This document shows positions 8,562 through 16,850 of a stretch of 32,613 nt of DNA, one piece after another. Positions within the stretch are counted from its first letter, which is position 1; each line of letters begins with the position of its first letter. The stretch is from Candidatus Margulisiibacteriota bacterium (GTDB lineage Bacteria > Margulisbacteria > WOR-1 > O2-12-FULL-45-9). Both the position numbers and the translations under genes were made by a program. The stretch covers positions 1 to 32,613 of the forward strand of contig JAYEOW010000039.1 in assembly GCA_034723395.1 (NCBI GenBank), read 5' to 3'. The notes under the pieces were generated by a model. That model made no database searches. It worked only from the letters and a program-made list of their open reading frames with translations, and had not been told where the DNA came from.

Positions 8562-9415
8562 TGAAGATATTTATCGACGGCAAGATAATCCCTTCCGAAA
8601 AAGCGACAATTTCTGTTTTTGACCGCGGCCTTTTTTACGGTGACGGTGTTTTTGAATCGCTCAGAACTTACAACGGTAAAGCCTTCCAGCTCGATGAACA
8701 CCTAAAACGCCTGGTTAAAGGAACAAAATCACTTAAGATCCGCCTCCCTTATTCGATTAAACAATTAAAACAGGCCGTTGTAAAAACTATCGCGGCAAAT
8801 AAATTTGAAGAATCTTATATAAAAATTATCGTTACTCGCGGAAAATCAATGGGCCATGGGCTTGATCCAAGAAATGTTGAAGGCAAAGCGACCCTGATCA
8901 TTATCGTTGAAAAGCAGAAAGTCTTCTCCCAAAAAATATATTCCTCAGGATGGAAGGCGATTATCAGTTCGGTCAAAAAAGCAAATGTCCCAATTTCAAA
9001 GATAAAGTCGCTAAACTACCTGGATAACATTTTAGCTAAGATCGAAGCTAATAAAACAGGGGCGAACGAGGCCATTCTGCTTGACGAAAAAGGAAACATC
9101 GCTGAAGGGACCATTAGTAATATTTTTATAGTAAAACATGGGACCATTTACACACCGCCCGCGGACTCTCCCATCCTCCCCGGCCTGACCAGGAAGCTGA
9201 CGATTAAACTGGCCAGGCAATCCGCCTTTAAAATAATCGAAAAGGTGATCTCTCCAAAGGAACTATACACCGCGGACGAATGTTTTATAACTTTTAGCGG
9301 CGCGGGAGTTGTTCCAATCACCCGGATTTGGAATAAAAAGATCAGCAAGGGAAAGTGCGGACCAATCACCTCAGGCTTAATCGGACTATACGCTGCTGAA
9401 ACAAAAAAGATTTAA
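8561..9415 (+). CDS. ilvE: Class IV PLP aminotransferase, probably branched-chain amino acid aminotransferase (4-amino-4-deoxychorismate lyase not excluded)
   Basis: DRGLFYGDGVFE, KSLNYL (PLP lysine), EGTISNIF, ILPGLTR; GTG start overlaps the kinase stop. Confidence 0.7.
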   Translation: MKIFIDGKIIPSEKATISVFDRGLFYGDGVFESLRTYNGKAFQLDEHLKRLVKGTKSLKIRLPYSIKQLKQAVVKTIAANKFEESYIKIIVTRGKSMGHGLDPRNVEGKATLIIIVEKQKVFSQKIYSSGWKAIISSVKKANVPISKIKSLNYLDNILAKIEANKTGANEAILLDEKGNIAEGTISNIFIVKHGTIYTPPADSPILPGLTRKLTIKLARQSAFKIIEKVISPKELYTADECFITFSGAGVVPITRIWNKKISKGKCGPITSGLIGLYAAETKKI

Positions 9416-10185
9416 GGAAGTAAAACGTACTTTGCTCTCTTTGTGCTCGGATTTTTCCTGACCGTTGCCTTTATCCGATAAGCCTTCCATATATTTTCAG
9501 GGGTAAGGACCTTGTTTGGCTCCCCTTCGGCGATCAATTCACCCTTTTTTATCAGCATAAGCCTGGAACAGTGCCGCGCCGCCAGGTTAAGATCGTGGAA
9601 GGTTGCAACTACTGCCCGGTGTTTTCTTAATTTCCATAACAACTTACAGATCCTCACCTGGAAGCGAAGATCCAGGTGGGTCGTTGGCTCATCCAATAAT
9701 AAAACCCTGGGCTCTTGAGCAATTGCCCGGGCAATTGCTACCCTTTGGAATTCACCTCCCGATAATTTGGTCACCGGCCGGTCTTTTAACTTCTCTATCT
9801 TAAGCTCCGAGAGCGCCCAATCGACCGCGTTATAATCTTTCTCTGTCTCAAAAAAGAAGCGTCCAAAATATGGGGTTCTGCCGAGAAGGATCAGCTCTTC
9901 GACCGAAAACCCGGCAACCGGCTCCATCATCTGCGGGACAAAGGCGATCCGCCGCGCAACCTCTCTTGGTTCCAGATGATCGATCCGTTGGTTGCTGACC
10001 AGGACTTCTCCTTTCTGGATCGCCAATAGGCCGATGATCGCGCGGAGAAGGGTTGTTTTACCAGATCCGTTGGGGCCAACGATCCCGACAAAATCACCCT
10101 CATCTACCGAGAACGACATATTTTTAACGATCGGTTTTTCCGGTAAATATCCGCAGCTTAAATTCTCTACTTTTAAAACGGTCAT
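9412..10185 (-). CDS. Cobalamin/iron-complex ABC transporter ATP-binding protein
   Basis: Walker A GPNGSGKT, LSGGE signature, LLLDEPTTHLD, HDLNLA. Confidence 0.93.
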   Translation of the reverse strand: MTVLKVENLSCGYLPEKPIVKNMSFSVDEGDFVGIVGPNGSGKTTLLRAIIGLLAIQKGEVLVSNQRIDHLEPREVARRIAFVPQMMEPVAGFSVEELILLGRTPYFGRFFFETEKDYNAVDWALSELKIEKLKDRPVTKLSGGEFQRVAIARAIAQEPRVLLLDEPTTHLDLRFQVRICKLLWKLRKHRAVVATFHDLNLAARHCSRLMLIKKGELIAEGEPNKVLTPENIWKAYRIKATVRKNPSTKRAKYVLLP

Positions 10186-11165
10186 TCCCCAGATAACCTC
10201 CGTCGCCTGAGCAGGTAAAGGAAAAATGGGGCGCCCACTAAGGCCATGATTATTCCGATCGGGATTTCCATTGGAGATAATATTGTCCGTGCAAACGTAT
10301 CGGCCAAAACCATAAAAAGCATCCCCGATAACGCGGTAACCGGGACGAGTACCCGGTGGTTAGGCCCTACGATCAAGCGGATCCAATGCGGAATGATCAA
10401 TCCGACAAAGCCGATCAATCCGGAAACTGATACCGCCGCTGCGGTCATTAAGGAGGCAACCCCGATTAAGATCAATCTCGTGTTCTCAACATCAACTCCT
10501 AAAGTAGTTGCCATCTCCTCGCCAAGCAGCAGCGCATTAAGTTCCTTGGAATAGAAATACGCTACCCCTCCTCCGATCGCGGCAGCCGGCAGGACCGTAA
10601 AGATATTATTCCAGTTCGCGGACGATAAACTCCCCAGCAGCCAAAAATAGATCGACTGCAAGCTCCCAGTCATAATAATAATAAGCGCCAGGATTGCCGC
10701 GCAGAATGCGGATAACGCGACCCCGGCCAGGATCAAGGTTTCAGAAGAAGTCTTTCCAGCCGCCTTGGATAATTCGTACACGATAAAAACGGCTAAAAGG
10801 GCAAAGATAAACGCAGTCACCGGGACCGATCCCACCCAAAGGACCAAAAAGTGGGAACCGATAGCGATGGAGATCGCGGCACCAACCGCACCGCCGGCAG
10901 AAATTCCCAGTATATAAGGATCGGCCAACGGATTCCTTAATATCCCCTGCAGGATAACCCCGGAAATCGAAAGCATCAGGCCGACCAACGCGGCCAAGAT
11001 TACTCTTGGTAAACGGATCTGCCAGAGGATCTCGCTCTCCCACAATTCGTCGGGAGAGATAAAAACCGAGCCCAAAAAGAGAGAGAAGAACATAGCCGCC
11101 AGTAAAAGAACGGCTAGGATGGTAATTACGATTCCAGTTTTAATTTTTCGCGATCTTCTTGTCAT
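10182..11165 (-). CDS. Cobalamin/iron-complex ABC transporter permease (FecCD/BtuC family)
   Basis: IRLPRV, RNPLADPYILGISAG, GFVGLIIPH, EIPIG...GAPFF. Confidence 0.95.
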   Translation of the reverse strand: MTRRSRKIKTGIVITILAVLLLAAMFFSLFLGSVFISPDELWESEILWQIRLPRVILAALVGLMLSISGVILQGILRNPLADPYILGISAGGAVGAAISIAIGSHFLVLWVGSVPVTAFIFALLAVFIVYELSKAAGKTSSETLILAGVALSAFCAAILALIIIMTGSLQSIYFWLLGSLSSANWNNIFTVLPAAAIGGGVAYFYSKELNALLLGEEMATTLGVDVENTRLILIGVASLMTAAAVSVSGLIGFVGLIIPHWIRLIVGPNHRVLVPVTALSGMLFMVLADTFARTILSPMEIPIGIIMALVGAPFFLYLLRRRRLSGE

Positions 11166-11183
11166 AACTGAAGCTTCGAAACC

Positions 11184-11213
11184 ATTTTACATTACCAAAT
11201 GGCACATGGTCAA
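11184..11213 (-). promoter_or_regulatory. Possible internal promoter upstream of the permease
   Basis: Minus strand TTGACC, 18 nt spacer, TAAAAT in the 55 nt gap. Confidence 0.35.
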
Positions 11214-11220
11214 GTTGGCA

Positions 11221-12120
11221 TTATTGGTAAATAAATCCGGCAATCTCTTCGATCACCTCAGCCACTCTCGGACCGGGGCGCGACAACTTATCGGCATCCA
11301 CAAATAAGACCCGGTTGTTCTTAACCGCGGACAAGCTCTGCCAGCGGCGGTCCTTTCTTATCTCCTCTTTTCTTAGCAGGCCATCCGGAATGATAATAAA
11401 GTCCGGATCCTCTTCCATTAAATTTTCAAAACTGTACTGCGGATAAGCGGCATTTGTTTTATACGCAATATTTTGCGCGCCCGTGTAATGCAGCATGTCA
11501 TCGATCAATGTCTCTCCCCCAACGACAACCAGCGGATTCATCCCGATTATAACCAATGCCTGGGGTTGCTTTACTTTTAACACGTGATATTGGGTGATCT
11601 CAACTGTCTTCCCGTCCGCGCTCTCTTCTTCGACCCTGACCAACTCATCCCCTGGCTCGGCAAGCGCAACATTACACTCCACTAATTCCAGTTTTTTACG
11701 CATAGCATCCACAACCTCCAGCGCTCTTTTCCTTTTCCCCGTCATTTCCCCCAATTTTATTATCTCTTCCATCACCTGGCCCACTGTTTTCGGGTCCATA
11801 GTGTACACCGGCAATCCAAAATCCCTAAACCTTCTAACCTCTCGCGGCTGCGCCCCCTCCAACATTACGACCATATCCGGATCAAGCGAAACCACTTTTT
11901 CTAAATTAAGAAAAAAGCCGCCGATTTTTTCTTTACTTCCAGTTTGTGGAGGAAAGTTGCAATTTGTCGTTACCCCGACAATTTTATCCTCAAGTCCAAG
12001 AGCATAGAGTATTTCGGTTATCGATGGCATGCCCGAGACAATGCGTTTTGGATGATCGGCGATCGATTGCGGAACAAAGAGAAAAAAGCACAGGATAAGC
12101 GCAACAAGAATTCGCATCAT
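11221..12120 (-). CDS. Periplasmic cobalamin/iron-complex binding protein (BtuF-like)
   Basis: Signal peptide; [33 protein letters not shown]. Confidence 0.9.
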   Translation of the reverse strand: MMRILVALILCFFLFVPQSIADHPKRIVSGMPSITEILYALGLEDKIVGVTTNCNFPPQTGSKEKIGGFFLNLEKVVSLDPDMVVMLEGAQPREVRRFRDFGLPVYTMDPKTVGQVMEEIIKLGEMTGKRKRALEVVDAMRKKLELVECNVALAEPGDELVRVEEESADGKTVEITQYHVLKVKQPQALVIIGMNPLVVVGGETLIDDMLHYTGAQNIAYKTNAAYPQYSFENLMEEDPDFIIIPDGLLRKEEIRKDRRWQSLSAVKNNRVLFVDADKLSRPGPRVAEVIEEIAGFIYQ

Positions 12121-14366
12121 TCCACGCCTAAAGATTTAAGCGTTTCCAGGCTTGCCAAAATTCGGCGGGGCTTATTCTCTCCTTCGGGGGGAGAAACAAC
12201 ACCGGCAGATTCCATTTCGTCCATCAGGCGCGCCGCCCGGTTATATCCAATTCTAAATTTTCTCTGGACATAAGAGGTCGATGCCTGACCGGTGCTGGTT
12301 ATTAATTTAGCAACTTCACTAAAGAGCTCATCCCTCTCCCCCTCTCCGCCATCTCCGCCACCTGACCCTTTCCCAAGTTCGATCCCTTTGATCGTCTCGA
12401 TCTCTTCAAGGTATTCTGCTTCACATTGCTCCTTAACAAATTTAATAATTTTTTCTGTCTCTTTATCGGTAACAAACGATCCCTGTACGCGGGTCGGTTT
12501 CATCGCCCCGATCGGATTATAAAGCATATCGCCGCGGCCGAGCAGTTTTTCGGCGCCAGATGCGTCAAGGATTACCCGGGAATCGATCTGCGTCGCTACA
12601 GCAAATGCTATCCGGGACGGTATATTCGCCTTGATCAAACCGGTAATAACATCAACCGACGGACGCTGAGTAGCAATTACCAGGTGGATTCCGGTAGCCC
12701 GCGCCATTTGGGCAACCCGGCAGATCGACGCTTCAACCTCATTGGCCGCTACCATCATCATATCGGCAAGCTCATCAACGATTACCAGGATTTCCGGCAG
12801 GCTCTCTTCTTCGTCAACTTTATTATTATACGCTTTGAGGTTTCTTGCCCCTTTATCATGAAAAAGCTTATAGCGACGTTCCATCTCGGGAAGAACCCAA
12901 CCTTTTAGCGTCGCCGCCGCTTTCTTTGGATTCGTAACAACCGGCGCCAGTAAATGGGGAATCCCATTGTAGATCGATAGCTCTACCATTTTAGGATCGA
13001 TCATCAGCATCTTGACCTCTTCCGGAGTAGCGCGTAAAAGGATGCTGGTAATTAAAGAGTTGATCGCGACACTTTTACCCGATCCGGTCGTTCCGGCAAT
13101 CAAGATGTGCGGCATTTTTGCAATATCTCCAAATACCGGCTGTCCGCCCAGATCTTTACCAATTCCGATACAAAGCTTGGAAGGATATTCTTTGAATCTC
13201 TTGGTATTAACGATTTCTTTGAGCCTGACTGGCGTGACTAGAGCATTTGGAACCTCAATTCCTACAACAGATTTGCCAGGGACCGGAGCTTCGATGCGAA
13301 CTCCGGAGGCTGCCAAATTTAATGCGATATCATCCGCCAGATTAGCGATCCGGCTCACTTTTACGCCGGGCTCGGGCTGTAATTCATAGCGGGTAACTGC
13401 GGGCCCCTGGAAAATTGCGACCACCCGCGCTCCAACCCCAAAGTTACGCAGGGCTTCTTCGAGCAATACTTTTCGCTGCTCAGTTGTTGCGCCAAGTTTC
13501 TGGGCCTGCTTCTTCTCCTTAGCGGTTGCATCATCCAGCAAGTCCAGCGGCGGAAGGTTATACTTCGAATATTTCTTCTTTGGGGAATCTGCTGAAACGA
13601 CCTTAACCCTGCCTGGCGGCTCGGTCTCTGTCTCAAATTTTGGCAGCGGAAATTCTACTACCGGTTTATGCTCCGGTTCCGGCGGCGGTGGAGGCGAAGG
13701 GATGACTTCTAATTCGGTCGGGATATCTTTTATCACCGGAAGCTGCTCGGCGATAGTTTTCTTTCCCTCATTTTTCCCTTTGGTTTTTTCCTTTTCCTCT
13801 TCATTCCTCTCTGGTCTTAATAGATGATAAAGCCCGGCAATCACGCTTAAGGCCGTAACGTTCATTATCATCAACGTTCCGATCATGGTTAAAGCAGTTA
13901 GAATAATATAGGCTCCCCAATTGCCGATCACCCGGGTTAGCGCGTATTTGGCCCCGTAGCCGATCAATCCCCCCGCGCCGGCAAAATATACTGATCCAAT
14001 ATCCGGAAAATAATTTACCGAATAAAATTGGGCGACGGCAATATAGGCAATAAAAAGGACCGATAGTCCCGTTAAACGGACCGTGAGCTCTTTTACTTCG
14101 TGACGCAGGAGAAGAATTGCCCCGTAAAGCGCGATAAAAAACGGGAGGACCAAAACACCAACACCTAAGGCGGAGCGTAAGACAGTTTTTACAACAAAGA
14201 AACCGACCAGGCCGGTTGAGGTGGAAAGGTTTGCGGTAAAAACAAAGACGGCTAACGCCAAAAGGAGTATACCAACAATATCTTGCTTAAATTTTGATGG
14301 CAGGCTCTTTGGCTTATCGTTCTTGGTGTTCCTGGCTTTCTTTCTATTCTTTGATTTAGGGGGCAT
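12117..14366 (-). CDS. ftsK: DNA translocase FtsK/SpoIIIE
   Basis: N-terminal TM helices, [29 protein letters not shown], gamma domain IGYNRAARL. Start placed at ATG 14366. Confidence 0.97.
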   Translation of the reverse strand: MPPKSKNRKKARNTKNDKPKSLPSKFKQDIVGILLLALAVFVFTANLSTSTGLVGFFVVKTVLRSALGVGVLVLPFFIALYGAILLLRHEVKELTVRLTGLSVLFIAYIAVAQFYSVNYFPDIGSVYFAGAGGLIGYGAKYALTRVIGNWGAYIILTALTMIGTLMIMNVTALSVIAGLYHLLRPERNEEEKEKTKGKNEGKKTIAEQLPVIKDIPTELEVIPSPPPPPEPEHKPVVEFPLPKFETETEPPGRVKVVSADSPKKKYSKYNLPPLDLLDDATAKEKKQAQKLGATTEQRKVLLEEALRNFGVGARVVAIFQGPAVTRYELQPEPGVKVSRIANLADDIALNLAASGVRIEAPVPGKSVVGIEVPNALVTPVRLKEIVNTKRFKEYPSKLCIGIGKDLGGQPVFGDIAKMPHILIAGTTGSGKSVAINSLITSILLRATPEEVKMLMIDPKMVELSIYNGIPHLLAPVVTNPKKAAATLKGWVLPEMERRYKLFHDKGARNLKAYNNKVDEEESLPEILVIVDELADMMMVAANEVEASICRVAQMARATGIHLVIATQRPSVDVITGLIKANIPSRIAFAVATQIDSRVILDASGAEKLLGRGDMLYNPIGAMKPTRVQGSFVTDKETEKIIKFVKEQCEAEYLEEIETIKGIELGKGSGGGDGGEGERDELFSEVAKLITSTGQASTSYVQRKFRIGYNRAARLMDEMESAGVVSPPEGENKPRRILASLETLKSLGVE

Positions 14367-14412
14367 TCTAGTGAGAATTATAGCAAAAATGGTAAATTCT
14401 AACAAGGAAAAG

Positions 14413-14440
14413 TGAAATTAACATGATTTTACATCGACAA
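14413..14440 (+). promoter_or_regulatory. Putative sigma28 (FliA)-like promoter
   Basis: tGAAA, 15 nt spacer, ATCGACAA; same layout as 16813-16840. Confidence 0.4.
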
Positions 14441-14456
14441 CAATGTGGTGAGATAG

Positions 14457-14861
14457 ATGATAAAAATAAATTGCCCCGTAATAACTTTTTGCCCGTCAAA
14501 GGGGATCAATGCCCGCAGGGCAACATTTATTCCCCTGCTCAATCGGAGACCATACTATGTAAGGGGAATAGATATAGAATTAACAAAAGGTAATAAGCAA
14601 ATAATTATTCATCTAACCTCTTACGCGGCGAAAAACCAAAAACTTGCCGAAGCCGCGCTTGATTTCTTTTCATCAGACCGAAGGGGCCAGATGGCCGCTG
14701 AATCAAGGGCATACATAGATGACCGGCCAACTGAGGTAAAAACAGAGGGGATCACTTTTAGATATTTGCGATTCCACACAGACACTCACCGCACCGAAAA
14801 ACTTTCTACACCCGAAGGACATCAAGTTGCCGAAGTTGTTCTTTCCTATCGATATAAATAA
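14457..14861 (+). CDS. Hypothetical protein (134 aa)
   Basis: ORF fills the gap between ftsK and the methyltransferase; SD-like GGTGAG; no recognised motif. Confidence 0.6.
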   Translation: MIKINCPVITFCPSKGINARRATFIPLLNRRPYYVRGIDIELTKGNKQIIIHLTSYAAKNQKLAEAALDFFSSDRRGQMAAESRAYIDDRPTEVKTEGITFRYLRFHTDTHRTEKLSTPEGHQVAEVVLSYRYK

Positions 14862-14890
14862 AATTTCCGAAATAAGATATAATTACCGAT

Positions 14891-15553
14891 ATGGCAAATA
14901 TCCCCTGCAAAATATGCTCGAATACCACAGCCATTATTTACGACGGACAATACGACCAAAACTATTACTACTGCAATAACTGTGATTTTATATTCCTGGA
15001 CGAGAACAAAATTCTCTCCCCCGATCAAGAGAAAAAAGAGTATTCCTTCCACCAGAACAATTTTGAAAATGAAGGCTACGTCAATATGTTTCGCGAATTT
15101 ATCGACAAAGCAATTAATCCACATAAAGCAAAGATCAAAACCGCACTCGATTTTGGCTCCGGCCCCGGACCGGTATTGGCTGAACTTTTACGCAAAGAGG
15201 GATTTAAAACCGACGTATATGACAAGTATTTCGCTCCGGAAAAAGTTTATTTAGACAAGAAATACGATCTTATAACTGCTACTGAAGTTTTCGAACACTT
15301 AAAGGATCCGTTGGAGACCTTAAAACTACTAAAGTCACTCCTTAATAAAGATGGAATAATCGCAATCACGACCCTCTTCCATCCTAATAACGACGAAGAA
15401 TTTAAAAAATGGTGGTACCGGCGGGATTCTACCCATATCGCTTTTTATACGCCGAAGACTATCGAACGAATAGCAAGATTAGTCGGGATGAAGGTTTTGA
15501 TGGCAGACGAGAAGAATACGATAACTCTGGGGGACAGGGATTTTTCACAATAA
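14891..15553 (+). CDS. Class I SAM methyltransferase with N-terminal Zn-ribbon
   Basis: CKIC...CNNC, ALDFGSGPG, YDLITATEVFEH, WWYRRDSTHIAFY. Confidence 0.9.
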   Translation: MANIPCKICSNTTAIIYDGQYDQNYYYCNNCDFIFLDENKILSPDQEKKEYSFHQNNFENEGYVNMFREFIDKAINPHKAKIKTALDFGSGPGPVLAELLRKEGFKTDVYDKYFAPEKVYLDKKYDLITATEVFEHLKDPLETLKLLKSLLNKDGIIAITTLFHPNNDEEFKKWWYRRDSTHIAFYTPKTIERIARLVGMKVLMADEKNTITLGDRDFSQ

Positions 15554-15559
15554 TATTTT

Positions 15560-15847
15560 TTATTTCTTTTTTCGACATCTCGAAGCTGCTTTCAAGAATC
15601 CCCTTTCTCCCTTTATTAAAGCCAACTTTTTTGTTCGAGACCATCTCTTTATCTGAATTTCTCGTTTAGTAGCCGCACTTCTGTTTGGGTGTTCTTCGGA
15701 ATATCTAATCCTTTTCCCTGGGTTGTAGCTCGTATAATGCCCACCTTCTCCGGTTTTATGTTGTCTTAATCGTCTGGCAAGATTATTCGTTATTCCGGTA
15801 TACAAGGCTTTGTTTACACATTCGAGGATGTAGACGTAGTAAGGCAT
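15560..15847 (-). CDS. Small GIY-YIG nuclease family protein
   Basis: YYVYILEC...LYTGITNNLARRLRQH...A.KREIQIKRWSRTKK; start placed at ATG 15847. Confidence 0.92.
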   Translation of the reverse strand: MPYYVYILECVNKALYTGITNNLARRLRQHKTGEGGHYTSYNPGKRIRYSEEHPNRSAATKREIQIKRWSRTKKLALIKGERGFLKAASRCRKKK

Positions 15848-15860
15848 ATATTTCCTTAAT

Positions 15861-15956
15861 CTCAACTCTCTCGCTACGCTCGTTCGCTCGATCTCCTTCG
15901 CCTCGGAACGAGGGACGCAGTCCTGAGCGAGGGAGCATAGCGACCGAGTCGAAGGA
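15861..15956. repeat. REP-like long imperfect inverted repeat / hairpin
   Basis: 15861-15889 (ctcaactctctcgctacgctcgttcgctc) pairs imperfectly with 15925-15954 (gagcgagggagcatagcgaccgagtcgaag); internal hairpin cctcg-gaa-cgagg at 15901-15913. Confidence 0.75.
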
Positions 15957-16713
15957 CTGCCGGGCTTGGACTCGAACCAAGACTGCTTGCTTCAAAGGCA
16001 AGTGACCTACCATTAGTCGACCCGGCAATACTGTTAGTAATCCCTTCTATCCAACCTGCAATCCTACGGTTTAAATCGGTGCTTCGTCTAATCGTTAAAT
16101 TTAATAAGCCGAAATAATTCTTACCAATATTTTTCCTATTCGTTTTGATCCGATTCACTTTAAAATACACATTGTTTAAATATTTTCTACTTATTCCCAC
16201 TTCATCCGCCCAGTATTCAACAACTTCTTTAATCCTATGTTTATTATTTTCATGAATATATATTTCATATCTTATTCTATTTTCCTTCACTTTACAAATT
16301 TCACGAAGCCACTTTATAAACATTTTCATCATGCCGGGGTCCGAATTGCCAAATTTCATCCTCGAAGATTTCCTGTCTTCCCTATCCTTTGCTCCCTCTG
16401 CCCAGTAAAGAATTGTCCCAATTAGCCAAAGTTTTTCACGGTTAATATTTATTTTAGCCGCTTCTACCCTTGCTTTCTCTTTAATTTGCCGGGTGATTTC
16501 CAATCTTTTGGCTCTCTGCACCTGCGCTCCTCGTCTCGCCGCGTCTAATTTTTTTTGGGTCAATCTCTGTTTTTGCTTTTTGCTCAGGCCAACTTCCCTT
16601 AACCATAGCGATAAGGTAGACTTTGCAACAGGAATTTGTTCCAATATTTCCCCATACGAAAATCCTTTTCTTCTTAAATTAACTGCCCTCTTTTTTTCTT
16701 TTGATTTCACCAT
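15874..16713 (-). CDS. HTH + LAGLIDADG-like ('LYWAEG') basic protein whose frame runs through tRNA-Gln
   Basis: N-terminal HTH (LRRKGFSYGEI...VAKSTLSLWLR); GTILYWAEGAK helix followed by FGNSDP, resembling a LAGLIDADG endonuclease core. No stop codon before the tRNA. Confidence 0.7.
   Translation of the reverse strand: MVKSKEKKRAVNLRRKGFSYGEILEQIPVAKSTLSLWLREVGLSKKQKQRLTQKKLDAARRGAQVQRAKRLEITRQIKEKARVEAAKININREKLWLIGTILYWAEGAKDREDRKSSRMKFGNSDPGMMKMFIKWLREICKVKENRIRYEIYIHENNKHRIKEVVEYWADEVGISRKYLNNVYFKVNRIKTNRKNIGKNYFGLLNLTIRRSTDLNRRIAGWIEGITNSIAGSTNGRSLAFEASSLGSSPSPAVLRLGRYAPSLRTASLVPRRRRSSERA
15957..16027 (-). tRNA. tRNA-Gln (UUG)
   Basis: Acceptor stem TGCCGGG/CCCGGCA, D-loop TAATGGTA, anticodon arm CTTGC-CTTTGAA-GCAAG, T-arm CTTGG-TTCGAGT-CCAAG, discriminator G; CCA not encoded. 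Confidence 0.97.
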
Positions 16714-16740
16714 ATTAGAACCACCACAATGATATAATTT

Positions 16741-16768
16741 ATTATACCACCCTTGTTCGTTTTATCAA
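16741..16768 (-). promoter_or_regulatory. sigma70 promoter for the LAGLIDADG-like ORF/tRNA-Gln unit
   Basis: Minus strand TTGATA, 16 nt spacer, TATAAT with extended TG. Confidence 0.65.
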
Positions 16769-16812
16769 ACTCACTTTTGCCATATTTTGCGTCTTTGCGA
16801 TCATTAAATATA

Positions 16813-16840
16813 TGAAATTTTTCAAATAAAACGGCGATAA
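16813..16840 (+). promoter_or_regulatory. Putative sigma28 (FliA)-like promoter
   Basis: tGAAA, 15 nt spacer, GGCGATAA (consensus TAAA-N15-GCCGATAA); ATG follows 10 nt later. Confidence 0.55.
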
Positions 16841-16850
16841 ATAATGCAGC

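Noticed and set aside
14367..14405. Longer ftsK start (TTG 14405)
   Set aside because: Spans the extended -10 element; ATG 14366 is more plausible.
15783..16028. 81 aa ORF starting at the tRNA
   Set aside because: Translation of the tRNA and hairpin in another frame; not protein-like.
15560..16850. Integrative element or prophage at tRNA-Gln
   Set aside because: No integrase and no duplicated tRNA 3' end (att repeat) seen in the window.
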